Source: Candidatus Spongiisociaceae bacterium (GTDB lineage: Bacteria > Actinomycetota > Acidimicrobiia > Spongiisociales > Spongiisociaceae). Taken from it: a stretch of 64,000 nt of DNA. The notes below the pieces were generated by a model. It worked only from the letters and a program-made list of their open reading frames with translations. It did not search any database and was not told the DNA's origin. The translations under genes and the position numbers were made by a program. Location: assembly GCA_965219685.1 (NCBI GenBank), contig CBDCOH010000002.1, positions 768,001 to 832,000 of the forward strand, in the 5' to 3' direction. Positions 46,644 to 55,440 of the stretch are shown one piece after another. Every line of letters begins with the position of its first letter. The first letter of the stretch is position 1.

Positions 46644-47153
46644 CTATCCGCCGGCAGGATCCGGAGGGGTGGTCGCCAGACCCTCGATGACCTGGGCTGA
46701 CTTCATACGGCTAAAGACCTCCGGGTCCACGAAGATCTTGGTGGATCGGTTACCACCACCTACGAGAATCTCCTTGAGGGCGACGACTCTCGAGTCCACA
46801 AAGACCGGGAGTCCCTCGGGGAGCCCGAACGGCGTCACGCCGCCGGTCTCCATCCCGGTCAGTTCCGAGGCAAGCTCGGCCGAAGCGAACGACAGCTTCT
46901 TCACACCGAGCAGCCCGCGGACGCGGCGGTTGACGTCGAGGCGCGTGGTGGCCAGGACCACGCAGACCGCATTGCGTCCGCGGGGCCGTTTGGAGGCCAC
47001 GAGGATTGCGTTGGCGGACTGTTCCATCGGGTAGCCGTAGTGGGCACAGTATGCCGCAGTGTGGGTGAAGGCGGGATCGATGTCCACCACCCTGAAGGTG
47101 GCGTTCAGCGCAGTAAGAGCTGCCCGGACCTGTTGTGCGGATTCGTTCTCCAT
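46644..47153 (-). CDS. YbaK/EbsC aminoacyl-tRNA deacylase family protein
   Basis: SANAILVASK, VLATTRLDVN, TGMETGGVTPFGLP, GGGNRSTKI. Confidence 0.88.
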   Translation of the reverse strand: MENESAQQVRAALTALNATFRVVDIDPAFTHTAAYCAHYGYPMEQSANAILVASKRPRGRNAVCVVLATTRLDVNRRVRGLLGVKKLSFASAELASELTGMETGGVTPFGLPEGLPVFVDSRVVALKEILVGGGNRSTKIFVDPEVFSRMKSAQVIEGLATTPPDPAGG

Positions 47154-47343
47154 CAGATCCCCCAATAGTGGCACACGAGACTCGAAGGCCGAGAATCGCC
47201 GGCAAAGGGGGAGCGCGCCCGCCCGTGGTCACCCGGGATTCCGGGCGGAGGGGTACCGCGCAGGAGGCCGGGGCGCCCATGGCCACGATGCAGCAGTCCG
47301 AAGCTGTGTACTCCTAGGCCTGCCCTTCTGCGATACTCGCGGG

Positions 47344-47547
47344 ATGCCCATCGATCCCGTGCTGCTCGAGATCCTCGTCTGCCCGCTCAGCAAGGCGCCG
47401 TTGCGGGAGGTTGACGGGACTCTGGTCTCCACCGACCCCGAAACCCGGATGCGTTACCGGATCGACGGAACCGTCCCGGTCATGATGGTCGAAGAGGCGG
47501 AGCAGTTGACCGAGGTGGAATGGAAGGCGGTGATGGGCCGTGGCTGA
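47344..47547 (+). CDS. Trm112-like protein
   Basis: MPIDPVLLEILVCPLSKAPL...YRIDGTVPVMMVEEA. Confidence 0.85.
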   Translation: MPIDPVLLEILVCPLSKAPLREVDGTLVSTDPETRMRYRIDGTVPVMMVEEAEQLTEVEWKAVMGRG

Positions 47548-47893
47548 CAGGAACGACACGATCTTCGGGATGATCCTCAGGGGCGAGATACCGGCCGATA
47601 TCGTCTACGAGGACGAACTCGCCATCGCCTTCCGGGACATCGCTCCCCAGGCCGACGTCCACGTCCTGGTGATCCCCAGAGACCCGATCCGTAGCCTGGC
47701 CGATGCCGGTCCGGGCGATCGTGCGCTGCTCGGCCATCTCCTAGGTGTGTGCACATCAATAGCTGAGCAGGAGGGCATCGCAGACTCCGGCTACCGCGTG
47801 GTGACCAACATCGGTGGCGACGGCGGCCAATCCGTGGACCATCTCCACTTCCACGTCCTCGGAGGGCGCCGGATGGGCTGGCCTCCGGGATGA
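47540..47893 (+). CDS. HIT family nucleotide-binding protein (HinT-like)
   Basis: TIFGMILRGEIPAD, FRDIAPQA.VHVLVIP, GGQSVDHLHFHVLGGR. Confidence 0.93.
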   Translation: MADRNDTIFGMILRGEIPADIVYEDELAIAFRDIAPQADVHVLVIPRDPIRSLADAGPGDRALLGHLLGVCTSIAEQEGIADSGYRVVTNIGGDGGQSVDHLHFHVLGGRRMGWPPG

Positions 47894-50019
47894 TCCCCCG
47901 TTGCCCCGGTGCGCCGGCCGGGCATGGCGGCGGGGAACCTGCGCCCCGGTGGCCGCGCACGTACCTCCCGGCCGCGCTATGGCTGTGCATCCTTCTGCTC
48001 ATAGCGTGCGGATCCGACGAGGAGCAGCCGGCGGAGACCTCCGGCGCGGTGACCGTCACAGAGGTGACGACGGCGGGTACGACACCTGGGGACGCAACGG
48101 AGGTACCGGGATCCGGGGATGAGCCCGCCGCCACTGAGCCGGACCCGCTCCCCACCGAAGGGGTGACGACCACGGCTGTGGCCGGTCACGCCGAGCCCTC
48201 CTTCAGCCCCGCCGTTTGCCCGTTTACCGCTCCCCCCGGCACCGATCCCTCCTGTGGCTATGTCTCCGTGCCGGAGAACCGGGGCCGGCCCGATGGGGGC
48301 CGGATCCGCCTGGCCGTTGCGGTCTTCCCGGCAAGGTTGGCCGAGAACCACCCGCCGCTTGTCTACCTGGAGGGGGGGCCCGGTGGCGAGGCCCTGGAAG
48401 GGATTCCCTACGCCTACGACGAGACGCTCTCCTTTTTCAACGAGGAACGTACCGTGGTTGTGTTCGACCAGAGGGGTGTGGGCTTCTCTGAACCCGGCCT
48501 GTCCTGCCCCGAACTCCTGGATCTGAGCTTCGACCTGCTCGACGAGGATCTGTCGGCCGACGAATGGCAGGCCCGGCAGCTAGTCGTCCTCGACGGCTGC
48601 AGGGATCGATGGGTGGACGCCGGGGTCGACTTCTCCGCCTACAACAGTTCCGAGTCCGCAGCCGACGTGGCAGACCTCAGAGTGGCCCTCGGATTCGACG
48701 AATGGGATCTATACGGAGTGTCGTACGGCACCCGGCTCGCCCTGACCGTCATGCGGGACCAGCCCGAGGGCGTACGAAGCGTCATCCTCGACTCGACCTA
48801 TCCGCCCGAGATCGACGGAGTGGCGAACATCCTTCCGAACGCGGCCCGCGCCCTCGACGAACTCTTCTCCGCCTGCGCGTCCGATCCGGAGTGCCGCTCC
48901 ACTCACGGTGACCTCGAGTCCGCCCTGTTCCAGGTAGTCGACCACCTCAACGCGTCCCCGGCGGAGCTCTGGGTCATCGACTACCGGTCCTACCAGGGTC
49001 ACCCTGCCTTGCTCACCGGCGACGACTTCCTCTCGCTGGTGTTCCAGAGCCTGTACCTGGACGTGTTGGTCCCGGACATCCCCAGGTTGATATCCGATGT
49101 CGGAGGCGGTCACTACTTCGGCGCCCAGGCCCTCCTGTCCGCGTTCCTGGCCAACCAGGCCTTCTTCTCCATCGGGCAATTCCTGTCGGTGGAGTGCCAT
49201 GAGGAGGTTCCCTTCTCGGATCCAGCCCGAGTCCGTTCGGTCGGCGAGAAGTTCCCGCGCCTGACGTCCCTGGTCGACGGTGCGCTGGTCCAGTCGGAAT
49301 ACGCGTTCGAGTTCTGCTCCTCATGGAGGGCGGGTATCGCCGACCCGATCGAGAACGAGCCGGTGACGAGCGACATCCCAGCCCTGGTGCTGGCAGGTCG
49401 GTTCGACCCCATCACGCCTCCGGCGGACGGGCATGGCGTGGCGGGCCGGTTGGAGAATTCCTGGTACATCGAGTTCCCCACTCTCTCGCACGGGACGGCC
49501 TTCGTGGAGGGTTGTCCCCGTTCGATCACGCTGGCCTTCCTGGCCGATCCCCGCACCGAGCCGGATCGGAGTTGTGTGGCCGGAATGCCGGACATCGAGT
49601 TCGGAGTGTTCACCCCCGTGTCCGACGTCCAACTGGTGGAGGCCGGGGTCGGCGGATACACCATCCTGGTTCCCGACGGATGGGAGGGCGAGGGGGGTAT
49701 CTACCAGAGGGGAACGGGTCTGGACCCCACCACTCTGCTAATCGTTCCCATACCGGCGGGCAGCGGCGATGTCGTCATAGGCGGGATGGCACAGACATTC
49801 TCAGGTGTTGCCATCGAGGAGACCGCGGAACTGGCCGTCGGTGATGGCGTCTGGCGCAGGTTCTCGGCCAACGCCGGAGGCGTTCAGGTCGAGGCTGCTC
49901 TGTCCGACGACGGCGAACAGTCCGTGGTAGTAGCTCTGGTCTCCGATCCCAGGGAAGCCCCGCACCTGATCGAACGGGTGCTGCGTCCCGTTCTGGAAAG
50001 CTTCGGTGCCGCCGGCTAG
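47890..50019 (+). CDS. Lipoprotein alpha/beta hydrolase (TAP-like, S33 peptidase)
   Basis: LLIAC lipobox, YLEGGPG, FDQRGVG, GVSYGT nucleophile, GRFDPITPP, SHG. Confidence 0.88.
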   Translation: MIPRCPGAPAGHGGGEPAPRWPRTYLPAALWLCILLLIACGSDEEQPAETSGAVTVTEVTTAGTTPGDATEVPGSGDEPAATEPDPLPTEGVTTTAVAGHAEPSFSPAVCPFTAPPGTDPSCGYVSVPENRGRPDGGRIRLAVAVFPARLAENHPPLVYLEGGPGGEALEGIPYAYDETLSFFNEERTVVVFDQRGVGFSEPGLSCPELLDLSFDLLDEDLSADEWQARQLVVLDGCRDRWVDAGVDFSAYNSSESAADVADLRVALGFDEWDLYGVSYGTRLALTVMRDQPEGVRSVILDSTYPPEIDGVANILPNAARALDELFSACASDPECRSTHGDLESALFQVVDHLNASPAELWVIDYRSYQGHPALLTGDDFLSLVFQSLYLDVLVPDIPRLISDVGGGHYFGAQALLSAFLANQAFFSIGQFLSVECHEEVPFSDPARVRSVGEKFPRLTSLVDGALVQSEYAFEFCSSWRAGIADPIENEPVTSDIPALVLAGRFDPITPPADGHGVAGRLENSWYIEFPTLSHGTAFVEGCPRSITLAFLADPRTEPDRSCVAGMPDIEFGVFTPVSDVQLVEAGVGGYTILVPDGWEGEGGIYQRGTGLDPTTLLIVPIPAGSGDVVIGGMAQTFSGVAIEETAELAVGDGVWRRFSANAGGVQVEAALSDDGEQSVVVALVSDPREAPHLIERVLRPVLESFGAAG

Positions 50020-51250
50020 GAACGTGCTGGAAAGCCCCCAACCAGGAGGCGGGCCGAGTCGGTCACAATTCTCGGATAGGTTGCGTTCGGCGACCGCCAA
50101 AGTCAGCGGGACTCGTCGCTCAGGACCTTCGGCAGCGACGGGAGCCGTTGAAGCACCGTACCGGACGCTGGCGCTCCTGGCCGCCGTGCTCGCGCTGGTT
50201 GCGGGGGCGTGCAGCATCGAGCAGGCACAGCCGGAGCGGCTGCGTGCGCCGGTGTGCGCTGCGGGCCAGATCGACGGGGAGGTGGTCCTGCTGAGCCGGC
50301 CCGACCAGATATCGCCTGAGGTCATCGACTTATTCGAGCGTCGCTACGCAGTGGACGTGGTGGAACGGGTCTACGAGAACGAGGACGACCTCCTGTCCAG
50401 GGTGACTGCAGGGGCCGACGACTTCGACGTCGTGGTGGTAGCCGACTATCTGGCGGAGACGCTGCAGCGGGGCGGGCAACTGTTCCCGCTCGATCCGATC
50501 GCTCTCCCCGGTCGGGTTCATCTGGATCCGAAGTTCGATCGGCACCAGAGTGCGGAAGATGACTTCTACGCGGTCCCCTTCCTCTGGGGCACGGTGGGCA
50601 TAGGACTCAATCTGAACGTGGTGGGGGAGGATGCCGAGCCGACCTGGGGGCTCGTCTTCGACACCGAGCGGGCCTGGATCTACGCGGGCCGCGTGTCGGT
50701 GCTGGAGGAGGGTCGGCAGGTGCTGGCCGCGGCGATGCTCTACCTCGGACACTCGCCCAACCTGGCGGACAGCGACCGGGCGCGCGAAGCCGCCGAGGTG
50801 GCTGCAGCGGCGAAGGCCCATCTACGCGGCTTCGACTCCGAGACATACGGGGTAAGGCTGGCGGAAGGCGTGCTGGATGTGGCCCACGGAAGGTCCGACG
50901 TGTTCATCGAGGCCTTGCCCCCCGAGTCGACGGACTTCCGTTACATCATCCCGCAGGAAGGGGCAGTGGCATGGGTGGACACGCTGGCCGTTCCCACCAC
51001 GGCCCTGCATCCGTGCAGCGCCCATTCGTTCATCGACTTCGTTCTCGAGCCGGAGAACGGAGCGAACGTTGCGAACTACGCGGGAGTCGCCACTCCGAAT
51101 CTGGCCGCGATACAGCACGTGTCGCTGGAACTGGCGGCCAATCCCCACATCTACCCGCCTCCGGATGTCCGGGACCGGATCACGCTCCTCAACTACTCCG
51201 AGGACCTGAACAGGCTCTACGCGGAGGAGTTCGTGATCGTGGATTCCTAG
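50006..51250 (+). CDS. PotD/PotF-like polyamine ABC substrate-binding lipoprotein (true start probably ~50.17-50.19 kb)
   Basis: LVAGAC lipobox, YAVPFLWGTVGIG, YIIPQEGAVAWVDTLAVP, AHSFIDFVLEPEN, IYPP. Confidence 0.85.
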   Translation: MPPARNVLESPQPGGGPSRSQFSDRLRSATAKVSGTRRSGPSAATGAVEAPYRTLALLAAVLALVAGACSIEQAQPERLRAPVCAAGQIDGEVVLLSRPDQISPEVIDLFERRYAVDVVERVYENEDDLLSRVTAGADDFDVVVVADYLAETLQRGGQLFPLDPIALPGRVHLDPKFDRHQSAEDDFYAVPFLWGTVGIGLNLNVVGEDAEPTWGLVFDTERAWIYAGRVSVLEEGRQVLAAAMLYLGHSPNLADSDRAREAAEVAAAAKAHLRGFDSETYGVRLAEGVLDVAHGRSDVFIEALPPESTDFRYIIPQEGAVAWVDTLAVPTTALHPCSAHSFIDFVLEPENGANVANYAGVATPNLAAIQHVSLELAANPHIYPPPDVRDRITLLNYSEDLNRLYAEEFVIVDS

Positions 51251-51275
51251 TTGGTAGTTGATAGTTGGTAGTGGG
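51248..51275. repeat. Heptamer tract (TAGTTGG)-like x4, starting in the potD-like stop codon
   Basis: tagttgg tagttga tagttgg tagtggg. Confidence 0.85.
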
Positions 51276-51598
51276 AAATCGTGGTTATCATTAAGACAGG
51301 TCACTTTCCGGTCTCTGTGGAGCCGCCTGGGTTTGGCGGCCGCTCCGAGAGGGTTTCACGAAGTAGAGGTGAGCGGATCCGGGTCCGCGGACAGATGCAC
51401 GCAAGCCAAGGATCTGCCGAGAAGCGACCATACTCTACGATCGCGACACAAGGCTGTGACAATACATCTGCAACTCGTGCGCATCCAGCCCTGGACCCGG
51501 ACCCCAGGGCTGCCACTCGTTGAAGAGCAACCTCGGCGTCAACGCGACGCCCAATAGTGCAAAGATAAATGATTCACCCTCACGTTAACCTCCGCTTA

Positions 51599-51633
51599 CC
51601 AACTAGCAACTAGCAACTGGCAACTAGCAACTA
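51599..51633. repeat. Heptamer tract (GCAACTA)-like x5, inverted relative to the 51248 tract
   Basis: ccaacta gcaacta gcaactg gcaacta gcaacta. Confidence 0.88.
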
Positions 51634-51673
51634 ATTCCGGCAGCGCCCGGCCCCGAACGGTTATCCTGGCCGG

Positions 51674-52384
51674 GTGGTCTCTACGGTTCCCAAGCTCCGT
51701 CCTTCTCTCAGGAGACGCGCTCCCAACCTGAAGGTCGAGAAGCATCTCTGGGAGCAGGGCCACGAAGTCGTCGTCGGCGTCGACGAGGTGGGCAGGGGGG
51801 CATGGGCGGGACCGCTCTCGGTCGGTGCCGCCGTGGTGCCCAAGAATCGACGCATCTACAAGCTGCGGGACTCCAAGATGTTGACCGAGGAGGAGAGGGA
51901 GTGCCTTTTCGATCGGGTGGCCGACTGGTGTACCCAGTGGGCGGTCGGCCACGCCACCAACGAGGAGTGTGACCGCCTCGGCATGTCGGACGCCCAGCGG
52001 CTGGCGGCCCGCCGGGCGCTGGACGGTCTCGGTGTCGTACCGGACCGGGTGCTGGTGGACGGTCGGTGGGACTTCGTCGGTACGTACACGACCATCCGGC
52101 TCGTACGTGGGGACGCCACTTCGGTGTCCATCTCGGCCGCCTCCATCCTTGCCAAGGTCGTGCGGGACCGCATCATGCGCGACCTGTCCGCCTCCTACCC
52201 CAACTACGGCTTCGAGGCCAACAAGGGCTATCCGTGCCCCCGGCACAAGTCCGCTCTCCAGGCTTGGGGCCCATCGTGCATCCACAGGCGGAGCTGGGTG
52301 TTCATGGATCACCTGCCGTGGACGGGCATCCCCCGCTACATCCGTCCTGATCCCCAGGGCGTCCTGTTCGATCCCGCCTCGTAG
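51674..52384 (+). CDS. rnhB: Ribonuclease HII
   Basis: GVDEVGRGAWAGP, LRDSKML, VLVDG, GDATSVSISAASILAKVVRD, NKGY, HRRSW. Confidence 0.95.
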   Translation: MVSTVPKLRPSLRRRAPNLKVEKHLWEQGHEVVVGVDEVGRGAWAGPLSVGAAVVPKNRRIYKLRDSKMLTEEERECLFDRVADWCTQWAVGHATNEECDRLGMSDAQRLAARRALDGLGVVPDRVLVDGRWDFVGTYTTIRLVRGDATSVSISAASILAKVVRDRIMRDLSASYPNYGFEANKGYPCPRHKSALQAWGPSCIHRRSWVFMDHLPWTGIPRYIRPDPQGVLFDPAS

Positions 52385-52394
52385 CCGGCCTGAA

Positions 52395-53252
52395 CTACCC
52401 CGGTCGAGCCGGATCCTGCTGCCCGGAGTCCGTGACAGGGGCCGATCGTGAGGATGGCAAGTCCGCCAGGAAGGCGGCGAGCGCATCGATGACCGGGTCG
52501 GGCTGCTCGACGATCATGATGTGGCCGGCGCCTTCGATGACCCTCTCCCGCACTTCTGCCACGTTGCTGCGCAGGGGCGCCGCGGCTCTGCGGGGGGTCA
52601 TGATGTCCAGGGATCCGCTGATCAGCAGGGAAGGGCACCGGACCGCGGCGGCCGCTTCGGGACCCCGGCGGTACGCGTTGCATGCGTGCAGGTCTGCCGC
52701 AAGCACTCCGGGCCCGGCCCGTTCCCAGAGCCGGATGGTCGACCCCATCATCCATATGCCCGGGGTCTGATGGCCCCCGAGGTGCGACCGCCGTCCATGG
52801 CCCCACGAGGCCATGAGTTCGTACGCGATGTGGTCGCCCGCCTCGGCCGCCGAGAGGAGTGCAGGGTGGACGGGGATGGCGGCCGCCGGACCGAGCATGG
52901 TCAAGGTGGACACGAGACCGGGTTGGCGAGCGGCGGTCTCGAGGGCGATCAGCCCGCCCATCGAGTGACCCACGAGGTGGGCGCTCGCGTACCCGGCGCT
53001 CCCCAGCAGCGACGCCACCCAGGCGGCGTAGGCTTCGACCGAGCGGAGGGGGGCGCCCTCCGACTGTCCATGGCCGGGGAGATCGACCGCCATCACCGAG
53101 TAGCCGTGGTGGGAGAAGTAGCGGGTCTGGAGTTGCCACACGGTCTTGTCGAGAGCCGCGCCGTGCAGAAACAGGATCAGCGGCTGGCCGGGATCGGGAA
53201 GGCGGCCTCCGGTGGTGGCCGAAACGATGGCGCCGTCGACCGCGAGTCTCAT
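52395..53252 (-). CDS. Alpha/beta hydrolase
   Basis: FLHGA, DLPGHGQS, GHSMGG, D..TP, GAGH. Confidence 0.9.
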   Translation of the reverse strand: MRLAVDGAIVSATTGGRLPDPGQPLILFLHGAALDKTVWQLQTRYFSHHGYSVMAVDLPGHGQSEGAPLRSVEAYAAWVASLLGSAGYASAHLVGHSMGGLIALETAARQPGLVSTLTMLGPAAAIPVHPALLSAAEAGDHIAYELMASWGHGRRSHLGGHQTPGIWMMGSTIRLWERAGPGVLAADLHACNAYRRGPEAAAAVRCPSLLISGSLDIMTPRRAAAPLRSNVAEVRERVIEGAGHIMIVEQPDPVIDALAAFLADLPSSRSAPVTDSGQQDPARPG

Positions 53253-53256
53253 CTCC

Positions 53257-54549
53257 CTACCTCCGGGACGCCCGTAGCCCTGCGGCGAGATCGCCGATCA
53301 GGTCGGTGGGATCCTCCAACCCGATGGAGAGCCGGACCAGGTCCTCGCCGACGCCCGCCCTGGCCAGTTGCTCGGCGTCCATGGTCGAATGGGTGGTGGA
53401 AGCCGGGTGGATGACCAGCGACTTGGCGTCGCCCACATTGGCGAGATGGGAGAAGACCCGGAGCCGCTCGATGAACCGGCGGCCGGCCTCCCGGCCTCCG
53501 CTGATGCCGAACGCCAGGATCGCCCCGCATCCGGCGGGCATCAACTGCGCCGCCCGTTCGTGGTCGGGATGGCTGGGCAACTCCGGGTAGCTGATCCAGG
53601 CGACCTCGTCGCGCCCGTCGAGGAAGTCGACCACCTTGCGTGTATTCTCGATGTGCTTCTGCATCCGGATGGACAGGGTCTCGGTTCCCTGCAGGATGTA
53701 GAAGGCGTTCTGCGGCGCCAGCGGCGCGCCGAAGTCCCGCAACCCCTCCACTCGCGCCCTGATGATGAAGGCCTGGGTGCCGAACTCCTCGGTGAACTTG
53801 AGCCCGTGGTAGCTGGGATAGGGATCTGTGAGGGTCGGAAAGCGTCCGGAGGCCTCCCAGTCGAAGGTTCCCCCATCCACGAGCGCTCCGCCGATCGCCA
53901 CCCCGTGGCCGCCGATGAACTTGGTGATCGAGTGATAGATCAGGTCCACGCCCCACTCGAAGGGCCGGAACAGGTAGGGGGTGGCGAAGGTGTTGTCCAG
54001 CATGAACGGGACCCCGGCCGCGTGGGCGATCTCGGCCACCGCGGTCACGTCCATGATCTCGAGGCCAGGGTTGCCGAGCGTCTCGCCGAACAACAGACGG
54101 GTCTCGGGGCGGATGGCGTCGCGGAAGCCGTCGGTGTCCCGCGGGTGGACGAAGGTAGTCTCGATCCCGAAGCGGGGGAGGGTGGTTGCCAGCAGGTTGT
54201 TGGATCCCCCGTAAAGGGAGGAGGACGAGACGATGTGCGAGCCGGCCCCCATCAGCGTTGCTATCCCCAGGAACATCGCGGACATGCCCGAGGCCGTGGC
54301 GATGGCCCCGACCCCGCCCTCGAGGGCCGCCAGCCGCTCCTCGAGCGCCGCCACGGTCGGGTTGGATATCCGGCTGTAGATGTGGCCCTGACGTTCCAAG
54401 TTGAACAGACCGGCGGCGTGCTCCACGTCGCGGAAGACATAGGAGGTGGTCTGGTATATCGGGATGGCCCGCGCTCCGAAGTCCGAGTCGGGATGGTGCC
54501 CGGCGTGGACGCTGAGCGTGTCGAACTTGGGGAATCCGGGGTCAACCAT
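53257..54549 (-). CDS. metY: O-acetylhomoserine aminocarboxypropyltransferase
   Basis: PIYQTTSYVF, IYSRISNPT, DNTFATPYL, HSITKFIGGHG (PLP Lys), HLANVGDAKSLVIHPASTTH. Confidence 0.92.
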   Translation of the reverse strand: MVDPGFPKFDTLSVHAGHHPDSDFGARAIPIYQTTSYVFRDVEHAAGLFNLERQGHIYSRISNPTVAALEERLAALEGGVGAIATASGMSAMFLGIATLMGAGSHIVSSSSLYGGSNNLLATTLPRFGIETTFVHPRDTDGFRDAIRPETRLLFGETLGNPGLEIMDVTAVAEIAHAAGVPFMLDNTFATPYLFRPFEWGVDLIYHSITKFIGGHGVAIGGALVDGGTFDWEASGRFPTLTDPYPSYHGLKFTEEFGTQAFIIRARVEGLRDFGAPLAPQNAFYILQGTETLSIRMQKHIENTRKVVDFLDGRDEVAWISYPELPSHPDHERAAQLMPAGCGAILAFGISGGREAGRRFIERLRVFSHLANVGDAKSLVIHPASTTHSTMDAEQLARAGVGEDLVRLSIGLEDPTDLIGDLAAGLRASRR

Positions 54550-54699
54550 GGGGGAACTCCTAGGTGCGAGTGCCAGCCTACCCGTACAGGTCAAGGTCTC
54601 CCGCACGCGATCGAGGCATCAACCACCCCGGCTGTTCCCGCTCCTGTCCCCCGCGTGACCCGTGTAGGTCAACTGGCGTGTTGATCGGAATCAGCGAGC

Positions 54700-55305
54700 G
54701 TCGGAGCCTTCGGACCTCTTCTGGCTACGGGTCATTACCTTGTCGCTGCGGGCATCGGGTAGTTGAGCCGACTCCGGGGCGATCACCGCTCGCGGCGCAG
54801 TAACGGCAGAGTCACACGCTGTCGGCGCTGAAGCCGCCACACGGTCGGTCCTAGCGGGAACGCTCGACCGCGGTTCCCAAGACCGCTGATGGGCTGGCGG
54901 ATTTGATACGCCAGGTGATAGTGGCTTGAGACACCGCCTGCAAGGGCGAACCACTCGCTGAGAGCGCTAGCACGCCGCTGGCGGCACCTCGACGCCGAGG
55001 TGCGCCCCTACGACGCCGTCCTCGACGACGTCGCCCCCCAGGCGTCGCCGACGCTACGAGACGCCTATGGCATCGGAGCCCGACTCCGCGGCGGAGCTCC
55101 TCATCGTTTCGGCGACCACCCCGAACGGATCCACTCAGAGGCCGCCTTCGCGAAACTCTGCGGCACCTGCCCCGTCTCAGCGTCGCTAAGACAAACCAGC
55201 CGGCACCGCCTCTACCGAGGCGGGCACCGCCAAGCCAACGCGGTGCTCTACCGAGTCGCGATCGTACGAATGCGTTTCCACCAAAGCACACCCCAGCCCC
55301 ACTAG
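54700..55305 (+). pseudogene. Decayed IS110-family transposase remnant
   Basis: Frameshifted fragments: GHRVVE..., AEAA.RSVLAG, VPKTADG...IRQVIVA, LRALARRWRHLDAEV, GDHPERIHSEAAFAKLCG.CPV.AS...RHRLYRGGHRQANAVLYRVAIVRMR. Internal deletions and no intact ends. Confidence 0.88.
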
Positions 55306-55440
55306 CTGGTATCAAGTACGATGTGGGAATATCTTCACTATAGACTTCGATGGCCTCATGAAACCAGCACCTACGGTCGACCCACGATTTGGTCGCCACC
55401 GTCGAAGATCTTGTCCGGCTTCCCCGGGGAGGTGACCATC

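Noticed and set aside
2803-52440. Other TGTCAC/GTGACA hexamers (about 2803, 51455, 52432) as PafBC promoters
   Set aside because: No TAnnnT at the 10-nt spacing.
54550-54700. SAM riboswitch upstream of metY
   Set aside because: No SAM-I/IV core recognised by eye, and the adjacent DNA is IS110 remnant. An Rfam scan would settle it.
54600-55440. IS110 bridge RNA or an active element
   Set aside because: The transposase is fragmented and the non-coding ends cannot be delimited.
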